Shown here: piece after piece, positions 55,014 through 64,000 of the stretch
Position numbering within the stretch: position 1 is the first letter of the stretch
Layout: each line of letters opens with the position of its first letter
IMG/VR virus record: IMGVR_UViG_3300033475_000008
Location: 27,441 to 91,440 of that record
Strand: one strand, 5' to 3'
Length of the DNA stretch: 64,000 bases
DNA from: a virus
Notes under the pieces: generated by a model
What the model was told of the DNA's origin: nothing
Database searches by the model: none
What the model saw: only the letters and a program-made list of their open reading frames with translations
Position numbers and translations under genes: made by a program

Positions 55014-56038
55014 CAGCCACCGACCAGGCCCTGGCCACGACCGTGCTTGCGCTCTGCTGACCGGATCGTGTCATACGCCTTCTTTCGCTCAATCTCGTCG
55101 ACGGGAGAGGCGACCCTCAAGACGACCTCCTCTACCCTGTCTGGCTCAAAGCCGACATCGAGGAGGTTCAGGGTGACCTGGTAGATGGTACTGTTCCAGC
55201 CACCGTACTGGTTGGCCAGGGCCACGAGGTCCAGTTGAGACGTGACCCACGCTTGCTGCAACTCAGCCAGACTCGTCGGGTTCACACCAAGCAACTGAGA
55301 ACCTCGCCACGACAGGAGTTGTGACGCGGCTCTCTGCTCCACAGTTTGCCGCTGAGTCCCGCCCAGAGGTCGAAGGTGCGAGTGGAGACCAGTCAGCCAC
55401 TCAGCCAGCCAGGGCGGCAACTCGACACACGGCGCGTCCACCACCACCCGGTAACCCGGGGTCGGCGGGGCGGCCACCCAGTTCCGGCCAGACGCGATCA
55501 CGTCCACCCGCCAGTCCTCGCGGTGGTGCAGGGTGGTCAGCCACGGGACACTCACTGGCCGCTTGAAGTAGAGGTGCCGACCCCCGGACTTGGTCTCCAC
55601 GGTGTAGGTGTACAGCTCACCCATGGAGTGACCAAGCTTCTCGACCTCTCGGGCCAGGTCCTCGACCCCCCGCTTGACCACGCCGTCCTGCCAGGTGGCC
55701 GTGCCGTCCTGGACCACCCAGCCGGTGCCCTGGTCGTAGCGCTTCACGTCACAGTCCAGCACCACCAACTGGCTGGGCTCCACCAGGATGCCGACGTCAC
55801 TGCCACCGAGCACGGCAGCCTGCAGCTGCTCCCAGTTCGCTGACACGCCCTCCCAGTACATGGCAGCGTGGGCCCGCCTCTTCTCGTCCTGGTAGAACCC
55901 AGGCAACCGGACCTGCGGCCGGCGAGGCTGGTCCTCGGTGGCTCTCACCAGGGGCAGGTGCCGCCAGGCAGAGTCGTGGTGCCGGGGAGTGGTCGCCTCC
56001 CCGTGGCTGGCAGGGTGTGGACGTGGTACGATAGTCAC
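55010..56038 (-). CDS. Bifunctional primase-polymerase (prim-pol)
   Basis: VVLDCDVK, TKSGGRHLYF, VAAPPT. Confidence 0.85.
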   Translation of the reverse strand: MTIVPRPHPASHGEATTPRHHDSAWRHLPLVRATEDQPRRPQVRLPGFYQDEKRRAHAAMYWEGVSANWEQLQAAVLGGSDVGILVEPSQLVVLDCDVKRYDQGTGWVVQDGTATWQDGVVKRGVEDLAREVEKLGHSMGELYTYTVETKSGGRHLYFKRPVSVPWLTTLHHREDWRVDVIASGRNWVAAPPTPGYRVVVDAPCVELPPWLAEWLTGLHSHLRPLGGTQRQTVEQRAASQLLSWRGSQLLGVNPTSLAELQQAWVTSQLDLVALANQYGGWNSTIYQVTLNLLDVGFEPDRVEEVVLRVASPVDEIERKKAYDTIRSAERKHGRGQGLVGGW

Positions 56039-56268
56039 AGTGCTTCTCCTGTCGTGGCAAGGCAGAGAGCGGCGGTGGTGAGCGGGGATGCGGGTCCCCA
56101 GAAAAGACGTCAGGCACCCAGCCCAAGAGCTGGGTGCCTGTGTCATATCCTACCACCGTGACCAGTGAGATCCATTGTCAACAGGCTCCTCACGGGGTCA
56201 GTTGTGGCCCCTGGACATGGCAGTGGGAGGCAGTGTCAACTGCCTCCCACCAGGTCGCTCAGGTCGTG

Positions 56269-56499
56269 CTAGGCGATGAACCGGACCCGGCCCTCGCTGC
56301 CGTCGGCCAGCTTCGCGACGACCTCGTCGGCCCCGTCCAGCCACGCCTTCGCGACCCCGGCGCCGTGGTTCTCGGCCCCGTGCCGCGCCGCCAGCTGAAG
56401 GATCACGGGGAACGCCGCGTCGCGGTCCTCGACCGGGATGTCCTCGTAGTGCTGCCAGTCCGAGTCGTTGTACCGGTTCTCCACGATGAGCTTGCTCAT
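56269..56499 (-). CDS. Hypothetical protein
   Basis: Own promoter (56567-56539), RBS and downstream hairpin. Confidence 0.7.
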   Translation of the reverse strand: MSKLIVENRYNDSDWQHYEDIPVEDRDAAFPVILQLAARHGAENHGAGVAKAWLDGADEVVAKLADGSEGRVRFIA

Positions 56500-56538
56500 G
56501 TCACTCTCCTCTGTGCAGCCTCCCTGGCTGCTGTGGCC

Positions 56539-56614
56539 AACCTACCATCACCCGTCAACGTTGTAAACAACCTTCAGCGAGAGTGTTTACATCACCCTGA
56601 CGCGGTGGTATGGT
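56539..56614. promoter_or_regulatory. Divergent promoter pair
   Basis: TTTACA-17-TAGGTT (minus) and TTTACA-17-TATGGT (plus). Confidence 0.7.
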
Positions 56615-56659
56615 CTTCACAGCGGCACTGAGAGGGTGCCCGAAGTGAGGAGAGAAGAG

Positions 56660-56965
56660 ATGAGCGACCTGACCCCGACCGAGGTCCCCCAGGAGTCCCT
56701 GGCGGCCCTGCCGGCCGGCCTGGAGTGGACCACCCGGCTTGACTGGGTCGGCGGTGAGCTGGAAGACCAGCTCGCGGACCGCTACCCGGAGCTCCACTTC
56801 CTGCTGGAGCCGACCCGCCGCGGCAACGAGAACTGCCTGGTCCTGACTGGCCCGCTTCCCGTGATCTTCCGGTTCCTGCTCAACGAGTACGACGCCGCCG
56901 AGGCCGAGCAGCTCTGGAACGAGCTGGCCCGCCGTGACTGGCTTCAGGCTGAGGGGAGTGAGTGA
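56660..56965 (+). CDS. Hypothetical protein
   Basis: Promoter plus GAGGAG RBS. Confidence 0.65.
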   Translation: MSDLTPTEVPQESLAALPAGLEWTTRLDWVGGELEDQLADRYPELHFLLEPTRRGNENCLVLTGPLPVIFRFLLNEYDAAEAEQLWNELARRDWLQAEGSE

Positions 56966-57377
56966 CGTGCAGACCCGCCCCCTCGGCACCTCAGCGCTGC
57001 TCACGCCTCACCGGCACCGCCTCCACGTCCACCTCTCGGCCAGCGTCTACGAGGGCCTCATTCTCTCGACGGGGATCCTACTGGCCCTGGTGATCGTGCT
57101 CGTCATCGTGGCCACCGGCCCGGCTGGGGCCCTGGCGGTGATCCCGGCTGTCTCCCTGTTCACCCGGCTGTTCCGAAAGTAGTCTCAACGCCTGTTCGAG
57201 GTCCACACGTCCACCGTGTGGGCCTCGAGGTGCGTAGCCACCTGGTTATCCACCAGGCTCGAGTGCCTGCCTGAGTCTGCCTCACGTTTTTGTGGACATT
57301 AGCGCCACTGTGGCATAGGTTGGTCTCAGCAGCCCAGGAGAGCCTGGGAGGCGATTGACAAGAGAAGAGTGATCACC

Positions 57378-57677
57378 ATGGAGATGACCATCCAGTTGGA
57401 CGTGTGTGACAGCGAGGACCTGCTCATGGCCCCCGTCGCCACCCCCTTCGGAGAGGTCGAGGTCAAGCTCATCGAGGAGCACGGCCCCGCCGGTGGCAAC
57501 CCCATCTACAGCTTCACCGGTGAGGCCGGCGCGGTCTTCTTCTGGGTCCTCACCCACTACACGGACCCGGCGGCGATCCCCGGTCGGGCAGACACGGAGC
57601 GCATCGAGCGGGTCTTCAAGGGCGCCGTCAACGACGCCCTGTACTACCTCTTCGGTGAGGACACCTACAAGATCTGA
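57378..57677 (+). CDS. Hypothetical protein
   Basis: Promoter TGGACA-17-TAGGTT (57293-57321); GPAGGNP motif; hairpin after the stop. Confidence 0.7.
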   Translation: MEMTIQLDVCDSEDLLMAPVATPFGEVEVKLIEEHGPAGGNPIYSFTGEAGAVFFWVLTHYTDPAAIPGRADTERIERVFKGAVNDALYYLFGEDTYKI

Positions 57678-57799
57678 CCACCGAGGCCACGAGCCCGCAG
57701 CCAGCGCTGCGGGCTCGTCGTCGTTTGTGGACAATACACCCACCGGGGTGTAGGTTGATACCATCAGGTCGGAGGACCTGAAGAGAAGAGGAGACCACG

Positions 57800-57919
57800 A
57801 TGGAAGAGAAGCTGTACGCCTGGGTCCGAGAAAACCCCGCGGTCCGGCTGCACGTCATCACCACCCTGCCCGTCGCGGTCATCATGGTGATCGCGCTGAC
57901 GATCGGCGGCGCCTGGTGA
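57800..57919 (+). CDS. 39-aa membrane peptide (absent from the ORF track)
   Basis: Promoter 57728-57756 and GAGGAG RBS. Confidence 0.55.
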   Translation: MEEKLYAWVRENPAVRLHVITTLPVAVIMVIALTIGGAW

Positions 57920-58197
57920 GGATGAGCCTGGCCTACGCCCTGGCGCAGCACTGCCGGGACCTGCACGACCTGGCGGCCCTCGTGGCCTGCCGGCCCGTAA
58001 CCCTGCGCCGCGACAGCGTGCTGATGCAGGAAGTCAAGCACAGCACTGACACCGATTGGGTGTGGACCGGAGTCGTGTTCCCGGCCGGCTTCCTGGTAGA
58101 GGTGAGAGGCTACGTCGACGACATGTCCTACGTCGTGGCCGGCGGTGCCTCCGGCAACGTGAACCTGGATGACCTGTGGCTGGAGGGGTCCTGGTGA
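57916..58197 (+). CDS. Hypothetical protein
   Basis: Coupled in operon. Confidence 0.5.
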   Translation: MRMSLAYALAQHCRDLHDLAALVACRPVTLRRDSVLMQEVKHSTDTDWVWTGVVFPAGFLVEVRGYVDDMSYVVAGGASGNVNLDDLWLEGSW

Positions 58198-58413
58198 GCC
58201 GACTCCGCTCCATCTTGGAGCTTCTCTGGGCCTGTGCCTTGGGTGTCACCGCGGAACGTGGTGTCAGTGAGCTCTTTAAGATCACGCTCCACGACTTCCT
58301 TCAGGTGCTCCTGTGGTCCACGGTGGGAGCGATGGTGACCTACCTCCCGTGGCAGTACGTCCGCCGGTCTCTGTCAGGTCCACCGAAAGACGAGGACTGA
58401 CCACTGCTATCAG

Positions 58414-58446
58414 AGAAGCCCCAGACCAAGCGGTCTGGGGCTTCTG
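58414..58446. terminator. Bidirectional hairpin
   Basis: agaagccccagacc/ggtctggggcttct between convergent units. Confidence 0.65.
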
Positions 58447-59118
58447 CGTGTGCCTCTCTCAGCCAGCGTGTGAGCCTGACTCTTCCTCGACAGGTGGTTC
58501 AGTACCGGCCTCGTCGTCGTCGTCCCACTCAAACGGTCCCGGCGGGTCGATCACAGGGTCACCCAAGCGCAGTCTACGTGTGTTCTCAGCACCGAGGCGT
58601 CGTCGGTCCCCGAGGAGGAGTCCCCGGAGGTAGCGTTCAGCGTCGTGGAGGTCCTCCTCGTCGCAGTACAGCTGCTCTGCCAGGGACACCTCCACGTCCC
58701 CCTGGTCGTGCCGCCTCACCCACCGCAGCAGGGCCTCTGCCAGGAAGCTGATCCTCAGCGGCGGGGTCAAGTCATCTCGTCCACTGGTGGTCGTCAACCT
58801 CTGGTCACTCACCGTCGTCTCACTCACTCTCATTTGGTCTCTCACGCTCTCCCAGCACCGTCACGCCTGGCCACGAGGTGAACAGGTGGTCATTCCTCTG
58901 CTGCTCACGGTACAGCCACACCTGAAAAGTCAACCATGGCCATCCCTCCGCGACGCGGTCTAGAGCGTACGCCAGCCAGTCCTCTAGTTGACACTCCCAC
59001 CTGAGGTGACTCATCACCGCCTTGAGCTTGACCACGTCAAGGGTGAACGTCTGTCGCTTCTCTGCGTCCATCTTCCGGTAGAGCTCCTCCTTGACTTCCT
59101 GCCAGGAGTGGTGACCAC

Positions 59119-59466
59119 TCACCGCGATCTCCACACCCGCTTGAGGCGTTGCCGCCACGGCAGGTCACTCGGCCGCAGAGCCCGCATCCGCCTGGTGTCA
59201 GGCAGGTCTACCTCACGCAGCGTCTCCTGACCCTGCCAGGTGATCCTCCACCAGTTGGTGTCGTCGCTGCCCCAGTCGTTCTCAGTGAAGTAGTACTTGA
59301 TCTCCACCAGGTGCTCGTAGCGCAGCTCGTTGAGGCAGTGCCGCAGGTCCTCCGGGTCACTCGTCCTGCCCAGGTTCTCCCACAGTTCCTGCAGCTTCGC
59401 TGCCCGGTCCAGGCCAGCCAACTCCACGAGCACCCGATACGCTCGACTGTCCTTCTCGACTCTCAT
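59119..59466 (-). CDS. Winged-helix-like protein
   Basis: L..L...HLVE...WRITWQGQETL. Confidence 0.5.
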   Translation of the reverse strand: MRVEKDSRAYRVLVELAGLDRAAKLQELWENLGRTSDPEDLRHCLNELRYEHLVEIKYYFTENDWGSDDTNWWRITWQGQETLREVDLPDTRRMRALRPSDLPWRQRLKRVWRSR

Positions 59467-59840
59467 CTCATCACTCCTCACTCGTCTCTCCCTCGCTTGA
59501 CCGACCTGCAGAACCAGAGGCACCGGCACTTACCGAACATCGCCCGAGACGGTGAGTGTGCCAACCTCAACCACACCAGGAACCAGTGAAACCAGTGAGA
59601 CCGCTGACACACCGTGCACCTTCTCATGTGTACCTCATCACGGCCCATCGAGCCGCGGCATCCTCGTCCTCCAGGTCGATGACCGCGGCCACGGTGACCC
59701 AGCCCTCCACGCGACCACGCTCACACAGCACTAGCTCCGGGTCGTCACCTCTGGAACCAAGCCGGAATTTGAGCTCGTAGACCTCGTCGATGGCGTTCAA
59801 CACGTCCGCTAGCTGCTGCGCGAGTCGGTACTTGAGCTCC

Positions 59841-60062
59841 TCAACCACGGTTGCGCCGCCTCTCAAACCACTGGTACACGGCTTGAGCGGTGACCCCGCG
59901 GGACCGGGCGATCTGTCGGTCCGTGGCCCCGGCCTTCTTGGCTTTGATCATAAGGTCCTCGAGTTCATTCTCGAGGTACCGCATCGCGTCGCTGACGCCT
60001 TCGATCCCGCTCAACAGTTCTACTCGAAGCTTCACGTCATCTTCACTCGTGACTCGTCTCAC
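59841..60062 (-). CDS. Small HTH protein
   Basis: AKKAGATDRQIARSRGVTAQAVYQWF. Confidence 0.7.
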   Translation of the reverse strand: MRRVTSEDDVKLRVELLSGIEGVSDAMRYLENELEDLMIKAKKAGATDRQIARSRGVTAQAVYQWFERRRNRG

Positions 60063-60410
60063 GTCGCCTCCTCAGCGTGTTCCGTGATGTCATGCCGACC
60101 CGTTGCCTGGTTGAGCTCCTGCAGCGTCACCTGGTCACCGTGGAACGTGGCTACGGGAACCGCGTCCTCACCTCGCGTTGAGTCGTCGTCACACCAGTCA
60201 CACCACAGGTACAAGGCGTAGCGGCCAGTGATGACGGTGAAGTGTGAGTCCTCAAAGGTGAGGGGTCGACTCACCGCTCCACCTGTCGCAGCTCCCGGTC
60301 ATGACACTTGGAGTGCTCCACGTACTTGACCCCACCGTCAAAGGCCCGCTTGACCACGCGAAGTTGCCACCACCGGATCGGTCTCTCACACAGGTCACAC
60401 GTGTCTCTCA

Positions 60411-61355
60411 TCAGGACCCCAGTTCTGGTCGGTGGTAGCCACCCACGTTTGACCCACCCAGGTCCGCGCTGGACCCGGCGGCGTTGCCTGCCCGGTACCC
60501 TGCCAGGTCATGGTCGATAGACCTGCCTCTCCCAGTTTGTGGGAAGGCCGCGAACATGGCTGTCTTGGCTCGAGCCGCGTCATCCAGGTGCACCAGAGCG
60601 GCGCCTGCCACCTCGTCTTGGATCTCTTGCCGAGTGTTCTTCAACCGCTCGTTGACTCGGTGTGAGTACCCGAGGATGTAGCTGTTGGCGAACTTGGCTC
60701 TCTTCACCGCCAAGGGCACGTCTGGTTGCTGGCTCTGTGCTGGGCCACGGCCGTAGACGGCGTTCCACGTGCTCTCGCTGACTCCGGCGTCGCGAAGCAT
60801 GCCTCGCAGGTAGTCGTTGACGGGTGAAGCGGTGAACCGGTAGCTCAGTGGGTCATTCCACTGACCCAGTGGACTCTTCATCCCGTATCCAGGGACTGGC
60901 TCTGGGAACGTCGCTTCTGCCGCCTTGGTGGCTGCTGCCTCCCACTGCAGGGACAGTGACGCGATCAGGAGTTGAGAGTGCTCGATGGCACTGCCGGTAC
61001 CGAAGAGGTGCAAGGTGGACTCCCCCTGCACGGTGTCTCCACGCAGGTAGCGGTCCATGAGGTTTCCGCGATCTCGAACGATGACACCGTCGCAACCCAG
61101 GGCGCTGGCCACGTTGTAGGCCGCGGTGATCCGAGCCAGGCAGTGGTCCTCATCTCCCTGGACCACCCACTGCCAGTTGATGATCTCTGCCGGTGCCTGG
61201 CCAGCACCCGCCCGGACCATGGCCTCGTCCAGGGCGTGGCGTTCCATCATCTTCAACGCCGCGTTGAGGAAGGTGGCGGCTTCTTCCTCGTTGTCCGTGC
61301 CCTCTGCCTTGGCCAGGAGCTTCCGCACCCGGTCGATGATCTTCTCGTCTGCCAC
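60411..61355 (-). CDS. DUF2786-domain protein
   Basis: KIIDRVRKLLAKAE...EEA..F...A..MM.RH; GYRAG..AG..ADLG. Confidence 0.85.
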   Translation of the reverse strand: MADEKIIDRVRKLLAKAEGTDNEEEAATFLNAALKMMERHALDEAMVRAGAGQAPAEIINWQWVVQGDEDHCLARITAAYNVASALGCDGVIVRDRGNLMDRYLRGDTVQGESTLHLFGTGSAIEHSQLLIASLSLQWEAAATKAAEATFPEPVPGYGMKSPLGQWNDPLSYRFTASPVNDYLRGMLRDAGVSESTWNAVYGRGPAQSQQPDVPLAVKRAKFANSYILGYSHRVNERLKNTRQEIQDEVAGAALVHLDDAARAKTAMFAAFPQTGRGRSIDHDLAGYRAGNAAGSSADLGGSNVGGYHRPELGS

Positions 61356-61784
61356 TCTCTACCCCTCACTCAAACCTGACAGGTGCCACTATATCTCTCT
61401 AGCCGTGTGCCACGTGGCTAGCTGTGAGAGCCACGGGGACTGCCCACGCCAGGAGACCCAGGGCCACAAAGGCAGCCCAACGCATCCGTCCACTGTCGCC
61501 GGTGAGGGCGAGGATGAGAGCGATGAAGAAACTGATCACAGCGACCCAGTCGCAGAAGGCAGTCATGTCTTTATCCTCTCACTCAGTGGCGACACGAGCC
61601 ACCCCCGGTGCGCGCAGGGGTGGCTTTCGGTGGGTCGGGTGTCCTGGCTTCACCCTTCTTCACCACTCAGGCAGCGTGCCCTGCCTCGTCTTCTACCGCC
61701 AGGTGCTTCCCAGCCAACCGCCGAGGAGGACCATCACGGCGCACCAAAAGAGGACCGCGATGAACCCCATCCAACGATTCATGG

Positions 61785-62393
61785 CTACTTCTTGGCTGGG
61801 GCGTCCAGCTGAGGGACGCTGGCGTAGATACTGATCGGCGCGGAGGAGACCAGGACCGGCTGGTCGGTCTCGACCAGGATACCGGTGCTGGTGAAGAAGA
61901 ACACCCCGAAGTCCCCGCCTTCCTCCGGGCCGTAGGAGCCGTCGTCACCGATGGCCTCAGAGACCGCGCAGCCGGCACCGTCACCGTTGTTCTGGGTACC
62001 GCAGTTGGTGATCTGCGTGGTACTGGTCATCTGGGAACTGGTGGAACTGACCTTGCCAGAGATCACGTAGTACCCGATGACCGCACCGCTGAAGGTCATG
62101 ACGTAGACGTAGTTGGTGTCGCCCTTGCTGTTGTACTGCACCAGGCGCTTAGCCAGGTTCTTCCGCTCCAACGGGTCAGAGGGAAGCGTGTTCGCGAACG
62201 GGTACGGGACCGCGGTCGTGAACTCGGTGTACTCCTTCTGCGCCGTGCTGTTGCTGGCATTGACGGCCTGCTGGGAGCCACCAGTGCTGGAACCAGTGCA
62301 CGCTGCCGCGGTGCTGCCAACGACCGCGACCACGACACCGAGTCCGACGATGCTGACGAGGCGACGCCGCCTCTTCACTCGAAGGTCACTCAT
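61785..62393 (-). CDS. Lipoprotein
   Basis: Basic N-terminus, hydrophobic core and AAAC lipobox; DDGSYG..GVFFFT. Confidence 0.75.
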   Translation of the reverse strand: MSDLRVKRRRRLVSIVGLGVVVAVVGSTAAACTGSSTGGSQQAVNASNSTAQKEYTEFTTAVPYPFANTLPSDPLERKNLAKRLVQYNSKGDTNYVYVMTFSGAVIGYYVISGKVSSTSSQMTSTTQITNCGTQNNGDGAGCAVSEAIGDDGSYGPEEGGDFGVFFFTSTGILVETDQPVLVSSAPISIYASVPQLDAPAKK

Positions 62394-62407
62394 CTTCTCA
62401 TTCTTCT

Positions 62408-62857
62408 CTAGGAGACCTGACACAACGTGGCGCTGTACGAGGTAGGGAGACTCGAGGGCAGGTAGCTCTGAGCCAGGGTGCTCTTCACGTCAGCGTCGTA
62501 GGTGTTCACGTCGTTGACGCAGTTCTGACGCAGCCCCTGCAGGTCCAAGCGGTCCTGCTCAGTGACCACGTTGGCTGCCAGGACCTGGATCTGCTGCAGG
62601 TCAGTGGTCACGGTCGCGTTGTCTGTGAGGAGCTTCGCGTTCTGCGCGAGCTGGTTCTGACCCGAGTTGTGTTGTCGAGTCACGTCAGCGTCACCTCTGG
62701 TCTTACTGCTGGCCGTGGTCAACCAGAGGATGAACCAGATGAGTAACGCGATCACGATGATCCCACTGACCAGTACGGGCACGCCCAGGGCGAACCCGTG
62801 GGCCACGTCGTCATACTCACGCCGCAACTGTCGGCGAGTCTTTCTCTTCAGGATCAC
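62408..62857 (-). CDS. Membrane-anchored protein paired with the lipoprotein
   Basis: One TM; C...VN.Y.AD motif. Confidence 0.65.
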   Translation of the reverse strand: MILKRKTRRQLRREYDDVAHGFALGVPVLVSGIIVIALLIWFILWLTTASSKTRGDADVTRQHNSGQNQLAQNAKLLTDNATVTTDLQQIQVLAANVVTEQDRLDLQGLRQNCVNDVNTYDADVKSTLAQSYLPSSLPTSYSATLCQVS

Positions 62858-62858
62858 G

Positions 62859-63566
62859 TCACTTCTCTCTCAGTGAGGGGTCGTCAACACCGTTTACGAT
62901 CCCGCGGAAGTTGGTGAGCTTCTCGTTGATGAGTTGACGCACGCTCATCGCTCGATCTGCTGCCTCGACCCTCAGGTTCTCTACCACGTGGTCCATGTTG
63001 GGACCCACGCTCTTCGGGTGACGACCCAGCAGGATGTCACCCAGTTCATCGAACTGCTCACGGATCCGAGCAGATGACACCTCGATGTCCCGGGCCGTCT
63101 GCTCTGCCAGCTGTGTCAGGGCCGCCTCCAGGCACTCCGCGATCAGCCCGTCCACGTGAGACAGGGCCATCTCTTGGAACGTAGCCACCAGCGCGTTCCC
63201 GGTCTCCAGGGCCTCGTCTGCTCGTTTCTGCGTGGCCTTGACCGCGGTCTCGAGGTCCTTCAACATGCCCCGGGCTTCTCGAGTCGCAGCCTCGAGTCGC
63301 TCTGCTGCCTGGTTGGCCGCGTCCACTCGCTTGTCACTCACCGGGTCCGGTATCACCGGTGACAACGTCACCGGCGCTGTCTCCCAGGGAGGTACGGGCG
63401 TCTGCTTCCCTCGTCTCACCTTGCTCACTCTCCTCACTCTCCTCGCTGTCTCGTTGATCCCAGGGGCAGACCCAGCCCCCGCAACTCTCACACCGAACGA
63501 TCTCTCGGTTCTCGTGCTCACAGGTGGTGTGATCCAGGGCCCAGTGGTCCCAGTGATCTGGGTCAT
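62859..63566 (-). CDS. Coiled-coil hypothetical protein (start uncertain)
   Basis: Helical heptad-rich translation. Confidence 0.5.
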   Translation of the reverse strand: MTQITGTTGPWITPPVSTRTERSFGVRVAGAGSAPGINETARRVRRVSKVRRGKQTPVPPWETAPVTLSPVIPDPVSDKRVDAANQAAERLEAATREARGMLKDLETAVKATQKRADEALETGNALVATFQEMALSHVDGLIAECLEAALTQLAEQTARDIEVSSARIREQFDELGDILLGRHPKSVGPNMDHVVENLRVEAADRAMSVRQLINEKLTNFRGIVNGVDDPSLREK

Positions 63567-63780
63567 GGTGACTGGACCACAGCATGAGGTTCGTGGACCA
63601 CTGGCATTGGAACCAGCGCCGCCCAGCGTCGCGTGGTTCCGGGAGCACGTAGGTCCCGTCCTCGTTCTCGTTCTCGAGAAAGCCCTCGAACTCGTAGAAC
63701 CGCTGGTAGGTCTTGACTCGACTCAGTTGACCCGCCAGCCAATACGCGGCCTTGGCAGTCACGGTACGTCGGTTCATCAC
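63334..63780 (-). CDS. Hypothetical protein
   Basis: Promoter TTTACA-16-TAAGCT (63829-63802) plus RBS. Confidence 0.55.
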   Translation of the reverse strand: MMNRRTVTAKAAYWLAGQLSRVKTYQRFYEFEGFLENENEDGTYVLPEPRDAGRRWFQCQWSTNLMLWSSHHDPDHWDHWALDHTTCEHENREIVRCESCGGWVCPWDQRDSEESEESEQGETREADARTSLGDSAGDVVTGDTGPGE

Positions 63781-64000
63781 TCACTCTCCTCGGTCTGTGA
63801 CAGCTTACCACAGCTGTCATGATTGTAAACAGCTACCGTCAAGTTCGTCGAGCTGCCTCGACCTCTCGCTTCCTTGCCGGTCGCCACCCTCGGACTCGCC
63901 ACAACGTCGTGCCTCGCAGGATCCAGTGCGTGTCACACTCGACGCAACGCACCACCGTGTCAGCGCTCACGTCAAAGATCCCAGGCAACCGGCAGACGTG

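Noticed and set aside
1-64000. CRISPR array, integrase/att site, IS element, reverse transcriptase/DGR
   Set aside because: No regularly spaced repeats and no recombinase, transposase or RT motifs were seen in this window.

Overview
The window is 64 kb of a high-GC, actinobacterial, siphovirus-like phage genome. No integrase or tail sheath was seen. Bases 1-1.55 kb are the end of a tRNA array: Thr, Pro, Val, His and three Arg tRNAs. These are interleaved with non-canonical RNAs: two covarying copies of a ~165-nt multi-hairpin, kissing-loop RNA that start right after tRNA-Arg genes, a tRNA-Arg-like scaffold with a ~105-nt insertion, an anticodon-less mini-tRNA with a G3·U70 pair, and pseudoknotted spacers. 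Bases 3-39.5 kb (minus strand) are the virion module: terS/terL, a portal-MuF fusion, two large multidomain effector proteins (ParB-like + ART-like; 2H phosphoesterase + 7 repeats + VIP2-like ADP-ribosyltransferase), an XkdF-like protease/scaffold, major capsid, holins, neck, tail tube, a chaperone with a candidate +1 frameshift, tape measure and minor tail/receptor-binding proteins. The two effectors and the protease share a KVGPxGYxHG(W/F) tag and a His-rich repeat domain. Bases 39.6-64 kb are accessory and replication genes driven by about 14 related sigma70-type promoters. They include an endolysin, a tandem LuxR regulator, an ADP-ribosylglycohydrolase, two tandem FxSxx-COOH (FxsA-like) RiPP-precursor-like peptides without a maturase, an orphan DUF397, a HAD phosphatase, prim-pol plus SF3 helicase with an adjacent iteron-like origin, and DUF2786. 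All family calls are by eye from motifs; no searches were run.
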